DNA of 64,000 nt, from the NCBI GenBank assembly GCA_903889905.1, contig CAISZI010000048.1, positions 5,881 through 69,880 on the forward strand, in the 5' to 3' direction. The notes under the pieces are model-generated. The model did no database searches. It was given only the letters and a program-made list of their open reading frames with translations, and was not told the origin of the DNA. Made by a program: the position numbers and the translations under genes. Each line of letters begins with the position of its first letter. The stretch's first letter is position 1. The DNA is from Candidatus Wirthbacteria bacterium (GTDB lineage: Bacteria; Patescibacteriota; CG2-30-54-11). Of this stretch, positions 56,037 to 64,000 are shown piece by piece.

Positions 56037-57128
56037 TTAACCCCTCTTATAAAAAGGCAACTTTACCACCTGCGCTTTCACCACATTGTCCCGAATTTGA
56101 ATCCCAATCTCGGTTCCTTCAACCGCAAGGTGCGGCGGCACATAGCCCAAACCAATCGCTTTGCCCAGTGTTGGTGAAATTGTCCCCGACGTCACCACAC
56201 CCACTTTCTGGCCGCCCGCAACGATGTCGTATCCATTGCGCGCAATGCCGCGGTCCACCAGTTCAAAGCCCACCAGCTTCTTCCCCAATCCCCGCGCTTT
56301 AAGCTCACGCAAGGCGTCAACCCCGACAAAATCCTTGTCCAGATTCGTGACCCAGCCGTAGCGGCACTCGAGCGGCGTCACTTTGTCATCCATTTCGTGA
56401 CCATAGAGATTCATGGCGCACTCCAGACGCAAAGTGTCGCGTGCACCAAGCCCGATCGGTTTCAAACCCAGCGGCGCGCCAATTTCAAACAATTTGTCCC
56501 AAAGGACGCCAATCTTGTCCCGCGCCAGATAGATTTCAAAACCATCCTCGCCGGTATAACCACTGCGCGAGACAATGGCGTAACCACCTAAAATTTCGGT
56601 TTCGACAAAGTGATAGAACTTGAGCTTCCGCAGGTCATCCGCCACCAGAGGTTGAAGGATTGCCTGCGACACCGGTCCCTGCAAATCCAGTTTGCCCAAA
56701 ACAGCACTGCTGTCGACTACCTTGGCGTCGGTAAACCCGAAGTCGCGCTGCACTTTCAGAATCTGCGCCAGGTCGCCGTCTTTGGTCGAGGCATTGGTCA
56801 CGACCATGTATTTCTCATCAGCCAGTTTGTAAACGGTAAGGTCGTCCAAAATGCCGCCGGCCTCGTTGCAAAGCACACCGAGCCGCATTTGACCATTTTC
56901 CATGCCGCCAAGCTCACGCGAAATCGCCTTCTGCAACAACGCTAACGCCTCTGGCCCTTCGACCTTGAGTTCACCCATGTGACAGATGTCAAACAGACCG
57001 GCTTTTTCCCGCGTGTTGCGGTGTTCTTCGGTGATGATGCCGTACTGCACGGGCATGTCCCAGCCGCCAAAATCCACCATCCGGGCGCCGAGAGCAACGT
57101 GTTTGGCATGAAGCGGAGTTTTCTGCAT
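56037..57128 (-). CDS. gcvT: aminomethyltransferase (glycine cleavage T protein)
   Basis: MQKTPLHAKHVALGARMVDFGGWDMPVQY.. Start at second Met. Confidence 0.9.
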   Translation of the reverse strand: MQKTPLHAKHVALGARMVDFGGWDMPVQYGIITEEHRNTREKAGLFDICHMGELKVEGPEALALLQKAISRELGGMENGQMRLGVLCNEAGGILDDLTVYKLADEKYMVVTNASTKDGDLAQILKVQRDFGFTDAKVVDSSAVLGKLDLQGPVSQAILQPLVADDLRKLKFYHFVETEILGGYAIVSRSGYTGEDGFEIYLARDKIGVLWDKLFEIGAPLGLKPIGLGARDTLRLECAMNLYGHEMDDKVTPLECRYGWVTNLDKDFVGVDALRELKARGLGKKLVGFELVDRGIARNGYDIVAGGQKVGVVTSGTISPTLGKAIGLGYVPPHLAVEGTEIGIQIRDNVVKAQVVKLPFYKRG

Positions 57129-57193
57129 TTGTGATCCTGTTAAGACTTGAAATGCTGTCCCCCAACTCACTTCTATTTTTGTTTGTAAGCAAT

Positions 57194-57946
57194 CTACCGC
57201 ATTATAGGGCGGATGGATTGGTGCTGCAACTCTTGCATGATGAACTGCTGACTAAGGCTAACCCGTTCATCAAATTCCGACGAATTAAAGCGTGGCATGT
57301 CACTCCCCAACAGATCTGCCCAAATAAATAACATCAAATCAATGGCGGCGCTGCCGGCAATATCCCGGTAGTAACCAAAATAAACCGTTTTGTCCCGCGT
57401 CCGCAAAATATGGCTGACGATCTCATAGGGCAACGCGTGCAAAAGCACAATTTTCTGGACAAAGTGCGTATCCCGTTTCTCCCAGCCAAAACGTTCCGCA
57501 AATGCAGGCAGCATTGCGCTCGAAATCGCCTCATGTCCGGGACAGCTCGTCTTGCCGCGCGGGTCAACGGACAGCGTCACAGGTTTGGAAATATCATGCA
57601 GCAGTACAGCTCCCTTGAGCAGGGTTCCGCGTCTTGCCTGCCCGATGGTTTGTGACAGATGTTCCTGCAGCTGAGTCCGTTGGTGTTCCGAAAGCCAATC
57701 CAGTCGCATCACTTTTTCCCAGCCCGCCATCACGCCAATCGAGTGATCCAGCACGTTCTGCTGCAAGTGCGAGGCGCTGTTTTCTACCACCGCGCGCAAA
57801 GCATAATATTCCGGCAAAACGTCGGCAAAATCGCCATTTTTGAGCTTTGCAGCTGTTATTTCCAGCAAATCAAGCATCGCCAGTCTCCCGCTGATGGGTA
57901 AACCCAAGACAGCGGTATTGTAATACGAAATCAAGCATTCTGCCAT
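57194..57946 (-). CDS. HD-domain phosphohydrolase family protein
   Basis: ..LLHDISK.. His-Asp motif. Confidence 0.55.
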   Translation of the reverse strand: MAECLISYYNTAVLGLPISGRLAMLDLLEITAAKLKNGDFADVLPEYYALRAVVENSASHLQQNVLDHSIGVMAGWEKVMRLDWLSEHQRTQLQEHLSQTIGQARRGTLLKGAVLLHDISKPVTLSVDPRGKTSCPGHEAISSAMLPAFAERFGWEKRDTHFVQKIVLLHALPYEIVSHILRTRDKTVYFGYYRDIAGSAAIDLMLFIWADLLGSDMPRFNSSEFDERVSLSQQFIMQELQHQSIRPIMR

Positions 57947-58007
57947 GACCTGGGAATGACTTTGCCCGCCCCTGCATCAGCGGGGGAGGGTTTGGGAAGG
58001 GGTGAGT

Positions 58008-59195
<1,188 letters not shown>

Positions 59196-59263
59196 CTATT
59201 TCAGTCAAAAAAATATAAAATTTGTTCGTTTTTAGATTTAATTGTTAATAATTTAACAAAACC

Positions 59264-59944
59264 ATGAAAACCATCGCCTCTGTGGTCGCGACAATCATCA
59301 CCCGCGTACCCTTCGTCGAAGAAGGTCTGGCGCAGGGGTTGATCAATTTGTCACAGCTCAGCCGGCAAATTAAACCCGATATCGAAAACGTACTCGACAA
59401 ACCTGTCCAAATCGGCGCCATTGTCATGGCGCTGAAACGATTGGCGCCACAGATTGTCGCGCAGTCCCAACATTTCAACGCCATTCTTGGTCAAATTCAG
59501 GACATAACCATCAAATCCAATCTGGTCAGTTACACTTTTGATAAATCCAGCTCCACCCACCACGCGCTCGACCTGCTCTCGCAGCACAAAGAACTCTTCA
59601 CCAGTCATTTTTTTACTTACACGCAGGGCATCAGTGAAACCTGTGTCATGGCGGATGCCACTTTCCGAATTTTGATCGAACAGATTTTCAGCGAACAGCA
59701 CAAAGTTCTAGAAGTACTCGATATATCCTCCATGACCATACGACTCCCTGCCTCCAATGTTCAAATGCCCGGTGTGTATTATGCCATTCTCAAACTTTTC
59801 GCCTGGAACAACATCAATCTGACCGATATGGTGTCCACTGCCAACGAGCTGACATTGCTGATGGAGGACCGTTTTATTGACAGTGCTTTTTCACTGCTCA
59901 AAAAACACCTCCGTTTAATTGAACAAAAAGCCCCAAAAGCTTGA
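59264..59944 (+). CDS. hypothetical protein, possibly tandem ACT-like regulatory domains
   Basis: ORF track; weak pattern only. Confidence 0.35.
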   Translation: MKTIASVVATIITRVPFVEEGLAQGLINLSQLSRQIKPDIENVLDKPVQIGAIVMALKRLAPQIVAQSQHFNAILGQIQDITIKSNLVSYTFDKSSSTHHALDLLSQHKELFTSHFFTYTQGISETCVMADATFRILIEQIFSEQHKVLEVLDISSMTIRLPASNVQMPGVYYAILKLFAWNNINLTDMVSTANELTLLMEDRFIDSAFSLLKKHLRLIEQKAPKA

Positions 59945-60016
59945 AAAATCAAGGGTAATCTTCTATTATTGCAACTTGGGGTAATAGGCCCAAATTAAAG
60001 ACAAAACAAAACCCCG

Positions 60017-62479
60017 ATGGTACAAATCATCAACCATAACTCCGATCCCAACAGCCCCGGCCACCGCCGAGGCATTTTGGAGTTGAAACCCAAAGAACCA
60101 GAAAGTGTCAGACTGCTTCGCACCCAGCTGCAGCTTGAAAAAAACCACAACCAGACGCGACTTTTGGCACTCTGGAGCATCACTGTTCATACGCTTCTAC
60201 TCCCGCTGACGTTGCTGCTGGAAATCGGTAAAGAACTGCGCTGGTTTTACCGGCGCCGCAATCAAATCCTGCAAACCAGGCAAAAAAACAATACGCCCGG
60301 CGCTTCCTCCATTCCCCACAGCCTCAAACATCCGGACGCACCAATGCTGCACCGGATGCGTACCCTTGACCTGAAAATCGCCGCGCACCAAAGTCCACTG
60401 CAATACCGCCCCGATCATGCCCAACGCGCAATGCAGCAACGCGGCCACAACCTGCAGCACAGCCCGGGAAATGCCGACACGATCACCCCAATGCCACAGC
60501 ACTTACAGCCGTCAACATCGGACAAATACAAAACAAACTCTGCACCAGCTTTCCTGCCTCCCCGTTTGCTGCATTTTCCAGTTATCCGGCGCTTTGGCTG
60601 GCCGGGCGTGCTGAGCGTGGTTGTTTTTATACTGATTATAGGCACACTGCTTTACCGTTTTCTGATCACCACCTACCAGAAAACCTATGCCGACGCCATG
60701 ACCGCCTCCGACCATCTGCATCTCGCCCAACTCGCACTGCAGGAGCAACGCTTTGATGATGCCCGGTTTGAGTTCCTGACCGCCAAAAACAGTTTTGAGG
60801 GCGCGCTCCAGAATATTAAGTCCAATCTTTCACTCACCATGATTCCAATTGTGAGCAGCCGCGTCAATGCTGGCGAAACCGTGCTCCAGGTGGGCCAGAT
60901 CATTTCACAAACCGGCTACGACCTGACCAGCGCGCTGCAACCGGTGACGGACATTATGAAGGGCAAAGACTCGAGTCAGGTGCAGACGCAGACATCGATG
61001 GCGGACTACACCACCTTGGCCATGAAAACACTGGCTTTGGCTCGGCCAAAATTTCAAAACTCCCTCGCCGATTTGAAATACGCCCTGATTTTGCTGAACC
61101 GTGTCAATATGCAGGACCTGGATGGCAACCTGCGCGACCAACTGAATGGCAACAAAGACAAACTGGGTAAGCTGATCGATCTCATGAGCCAGACCGAAAG
61201 TCTTTCGGAAGTTTTGCCAGAACTGCTGGGCGCCAATGGTGCCCGTGATTATCTGCTGCTGTTTCAGAACACAGCCGAGAAACGCCCGACCGGCGGTTTC
61301 ATTGGCAGCTACGGTATCATTTCCTTTGATCAAGGCAAGCTCAGCAATTTCTTTACCGACAATGTCTATAATCCTGATGGCCAGCTCAATGTCAAAGGCA
61401 TTATCAATGTGCCGCCGCTGCCACTGCAGCGCATTACACCCAACTGGGCCATGCGTGACGGCAACTGGTCGCCCGACTATCCGACATCCGCCAATCAAAT
61501 CAAGGAATTTTACCAGCAGGGTTCTAATCGCGAAGTGAATGGCGTGATTGCCGTCACGCCCGATCTGATCCAGCAAATCATGCAGCTGGTGGGGCCGATT
61601 TACCTGAGCAACTGGAATGAAATCGTCACAGCCGACAACATCATCCCGCTCATTCAGTACAAAGTAGACATCCAGTTCAAAAACGCACCGGATCCCAAAA
61701 TGTTCCTGATTGATTTATCCAAAGTTCTGTTTGACAAAATCATGAGCCTTACTCCGGAGGACTGGCCCAAACTGATGACCATCATCAACACCTCGCTCAA
61801 GGACAAACTGATCCTGATGTGGTCGCCCAATGCCACCGTTGCCAGTTGGCTGCAGTCCAGCAACTTTGACGGCCGCACCAAGGCCTGGGATGGGGATTAT
61901 CTGCAGATCAATACCGCCAACATCGGCGGCACCAAATCCAGCCAGTTTGTGAATGAAAGTTACAAACTGATGACCAACATTAATGCCAATGGCGAAATCG
62001 AAAACACCGTAACCATTACTTACCAGCACACCGGCAATTATGACTGGCCGAGCGGTCCACTCATTGCTTACCAGCGTATTTATGTGCCCAAGGGTAGCCA
62101 GCTGCTGGAAACATCCGACAATCACCAGGGCGGCGGCAAAGAAGGCATTACCGAAGTCTATGATGACCTTGGCAAAACGGTTTTCGGTGACTATCTGCAC
62201 GTTGATCCAGGCAACACGCTCACTTTGAGTTATACCTACAAATTGCCTTTCACCATTTCACTCCAGGATCATCCGACCTATGCCATTCTGATCCAGAAAC
62301 AGCCAGGCACGGTAGCACTGCAGCTGGACGAGGATATTGTCTTTGATGCCTCCACCATTGAACCGCTTAAAGCGCAGGGTGAGCTGCAGCTGAAAAACCG
62401 CAATGACATTGGCGTCAGTTACAAAATGGACACCGACAAAACCTATAGCGTGACCTTCAAAAAGCACGACGTCTTATAA
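60017..62479 (+). CDS. DUF4012 domain-containing protein
   Basis: ..AEKRPTGGFIGSYGII.. signature; single TM near residue 195. True start may be downstream. Confidence 0.6.
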   Translation: MVQIINHNSDPNSPGHRRGILELKPKEPESVRLLRTQLQLEKNHNQTRLLALWSITVHTLLLPLTLLLEIGKELRWFYRRRNQILQTRQKNNTPGASSIPHSLKHPDAPMLHRMRTLDLKIAAHQSPLQYRPDHAQRAMQQRGHNLQHSPGNADTITPMPQHLQPSTSDKYKTNSAPAFLPPRLLHFPVIRRFGWPGVLSVVVFILIIGTLLYRFLITTYQKTYADAMTASDHLHLAQLALQEQRFDDARFEFLTAKNSFEGALQNIKSNLSLTMIPIVSSRVNAGETVLQVGQIISQTGYDLTSALQPVTDIMKGKDSSQVQTQTSMADYTTLAMKTLALARPKFQNSLADLKYALILLNRVNMQDLDGNLRDQLNGNKDKLGKLIDLMSQTESLSEVLPELLGANGARDYLLLFQNTAEKRPTGGFIGSYGIISFDQGKLSNFFTDNVYNPDGQLNVKGIINVPPLPLQRITPNWAMRDGNWSPDYPTSANQIKEFYQQGSNREVNGVIAVTPDLIQQIMQLVGPIYLSNWNEIVTADNIIPLIQYKVDIQFKNAPDPKMFLIDLSKVLFDKIMSLTPEDWPKLMTIINTSLKDKLILMWSPNATVASWLQSSNFDGRTKAWDGDYLQINTANIGGTKSSQFVNESYKLMTNINANGEIENTVTITYQHTGNYDWPSGPLIAYQRIYVPKGSQLLETSDNHQGGGKEGITEVYDDLGKTVFGDYLHVDPGNTLTLSYTYKLPFTISLQDHPTYAILIQKQPGTVALQLDEDIVFDASTIEPLKAQGELQLKNRNDIGVSYKMDTDKTYSVTFKKHDVL

Positions 62480-62776
62480 AGCGGTTTCGTCCCTGGCTTT
62501 TTGGGTAAACAACCACAGCCAGCCAACGCCCCAGACCACCAGCAGTAGCACCAGAAACGCTTCGATCAGATTGCCAATGCCAAGGTGAATTTTGCCCAGA
62601 TTCAAGGTAAGCTGGTGAAAATCGCCGCTGTCGGAAAACGCACCGACAAACGGCATGAGCAGATTGTCCACCAACGCTTTGACCAGATCGAGATAGACCA
62701 ACGCCGTGATGATGCCAGCGCCAATCGTAAACCCCTGACGTTCTTCGAGATATTTGAACAAATTTTTAAGTGGCAC
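62474..62776 (-). CDS. mscL: large-conductance mechanosensitive channel
   Basis: 100 aa, collinear with the E. coli MscL N-terminus (F.EF....V.DL..G.I.G.AF...V.SLV.D.IMP). Confidence 0.65.
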   Translation of the reverse strand: MPLKNLFKYLEERQGFTIGAGIITALVYLDLVKALVDNLLMPFVGAFSDSGDFHQLTLNLGKIHLGIGNLIEAFLVLLLVVWGVGWLWLFTQKARDETAL

Positions 62777-62791
62777 AGGTCTCTCCCTTTT

Positions 62792-63286
62792 TTAACGCAA
62801 CAGCAGCACTAAGATACCACCAATCATGCCAATTAACATCCCCGCCACCACATCGCTGAGATAATGTTTGCCCAGATAGAGCCGGGAATAAATGATCGCC
62901 GCGGCAATACTGCTAAGGAGTGTCGCAAACGCCGGAAACCAATGTCCCAGAAGCATTGCACCCATGACGGATGAGGCAGCATGACCGGAGGGAAACGAAT
63001 AGGGATCACGGGATTGCCGCAAAGGAAGAGGCCGTGGACGTTTGACCCGAGCTTTGATAAGTCGTGTCACCAGCAAATACAAACCCGCCTGCCCCAAAGT
63101 CATGCAGCCAACATAACGCCAATTTCCAGAAACGATACTTGCTCCCAGGGCAAGCAAAAGCCACAAAAAAGCCATTTCCCCCAACCGGGTGATGGCGACA
63201 AACAGGGCACGCAAAAGAGCAGGCTTGGGCCCACAGCTAAGCCGATCCGTTAATTGAGCGTCTATTTTTTTGACCACTTTTAGCAC
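62792..63286 (-). CDS. PAP2-family phosphatase (membrane)
   Basis: ..PSGHAASS.. and ..KHYLSDV.. (SRxxxxxHxxxD-like) motifs. Confidence 0.7.
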   Translation of the reverse strand: MLKVVKKIDAQLTDRLSCGPKPALLRALFVAITRLGEMAFLWLLLALGASIVSGNWRYVGCMTLGQAGLYLLVTRLIKARVKRPRPLPLRQSRDPYSFPSGHAASSVMGAMLLGHWFPAFATLLSSIAAAIIYSRLYLGKHYLSDVVAGMLIGMIGGILVLLLR

Positions 63287-63370
63287 CTTCCCTCCTTTTT
63301 GACCGCTCTATTGTACTGAAATTGTTGTGGCAAAGAAATGCCCGCGGGTTTGCCCTCTTGACGCATTCGG

Positions 63371-63399
63371 CAAAGCTTACTAATCTAGGCAAGCCATGC
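63371..63399 (+). promoter_or_regulatory. candidate sigma70 promoter (TTGACG-17 nt-TAATCT) for the last gene
   Basis: AAGGAA Shine-Dalgarno before the ATG at 63419. Confidence 0.25.
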
Positions 63400-63418
63400 C
63401 CACCAAAAAGGAATCGCA

Positions 63419-64000
63419 ATGACATCCCCAAAATTTTCACTGGCCAATCTGATTTCCGGCTTGTTTTTTATTGCGGTCGGACTGATCGGACTTTCACCGC
63501 TGCTTGGCATAGCCATCAACTGGAGCCGTCTGTGGCCATTTCTGCTGCTGCTGGTCGGCGCCGCCGTTTGCCTGCCCCCCTTGATCACCAATAACCGCAG
63601 CCAGGGCAAGGTCAGCCTGATGGTCGGCACCTGGCTGATGGTGCTTGGCCTTTATTTTGAGGTCATGGCGCTCACCAACTGGACATGGGTAACGCAAACT
63701 CAGGCCATGGAAACATTTGCCCTGGCGCTCGGTTTTTGGGCCGTATGGGCCTACGACAATCATCGGCGTCGGTATTTCAATCTGGGTGTGTTGTTCTCAA
63801 GCCTGGCGCTTGCCCAACTTGTGACCACCAATTTTACCAGCCTGTTTTTGCCCGTCCTGTTTCTGTTCTTTGGCATCTGGTTTCTGGTACGCAAAGACCG
63901 TAAACCCAAGGACACAACTGCGGAACTGTCAATGCCACACATTGTACCGCCCGTCATGATTGTCCCCGATGACAATTCCCAACCCGCCAGCGTCAAGATC
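63419..64000 (+). CDS. polytopic membrane protein, partial (runs off window end); LiaF/DUF5668-like N-terminal TM domain possible
   Basis: I translated frame 2 from the ATG at 63419 to the window end with no stop (MTSPKFSLANLISGLFFIAVGLIGL..). Missing from the ORF track because it has no stop. Confidence 0.5.
   Translation, partial: MTSPKFSLANLISGLFFIAVGLIGLSPLLGIAINWSRLWPFLLLLVGAAVCLPPLITNNRSQGKVSLMVGTWLMVLGLYFEVMALTNWTWVTQTQAMETFALALGFWAVWAYDNHRRRYFNLGVLFSSLALAQLVTTNFTSLFLPVLFLFFGIWFLVRKDRKPKDTTAELSMPHIVPPVMIVPDDNSQPASVKI

Noticed and set aside
57129-58007. Looked for a glycine riboswitch upstream of gcvT and of the HD gene
   Set aside because: Only 65 nt separate gcvT from the HD gene, and the region upstream of the HD gene holds just a GC hairpin. 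No tandem-aptamer GGAGAG/ACCGAAGGGGCAA-type motifs were seen.
60905-61576. 223-aa minus-strand ORF inside the DUF4012 gene
   Set aside because: Antisense.

Overview
64-kb window with dense, mostly co-directional bacterial gene organisation, GC about 50 % and no rRNA or CRISPR. Lineage is uncertain. DUF4012, DUF559, giant CSLREA/DUF4214 surface proteins and TMTC-like TM+TPR proteins are reminiscent of Patescibacteria/Chloroflexi-type genomes, but I cannot confirm this without searches.

Content in order:
(1) Two tandem paralogous giant secreted proteins (beta-helix N-terminus, Ig-like repeats, C-terminal DUF4214 repeats); the first runs off the window start.
(2) A minus-strand block: cca, HAD hydrolase, yggS, a UvrD-family helicase fused to a Cas4/RecB-like Fe-S nuclease, a DUF559 (Vsr-like) endonuclease inside a miniature element flanked by 28-bp perfect inverted repeats, and a YhaN/YhaO-type membrane-associated SbcC/SbcD pair.
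(3) ppsA, carrying an Ala/Pro-rich insertion, and pyk.
(4) An RNase H-like gene, then a GT2 plus two TMTC-like GT-C candidates (putative protein O-glycosylation module).
(5) Three lipoprotein genes, rnpB (RNase P RNA) and a surface-glycan cluster: WbaP-like, two GT4, Wzz-like and an O-antigen-ligase-like gene.
(6) A 754-aa hypothetical protein with a PP2C-like N-domain.
(7) Three CAU-anticodon tRNAs (Ile2-like, elongator Met, initiator fMet) interleaved with an ftsB-like gene.
(8) mgtA, an SRAP peptidase and a zur-znuACB operon.
(9) A long minus-strand supra-operon joining split lplA, NUDIX, lipA and gcvPB/PA/H/T, with three interspersed hypothetical ORFs and an HD-domain gene.
(10) leuA/nifV-like synthase, DUF4012, mscL, PAP2 and a partial membrane protein at the window end.

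Notable non-coding structure: a new-looking ~85-nt palindromic element with GTCATTGCGAG termini in two copies, GC-rich CCCTTGCAAGGG-type hairpins, a 22-bp-stem hairpin in the yggS leader, and several intrinsic terminators. All calls rest on reading the sequence and translated ORFs by eye; no database searches were possible.
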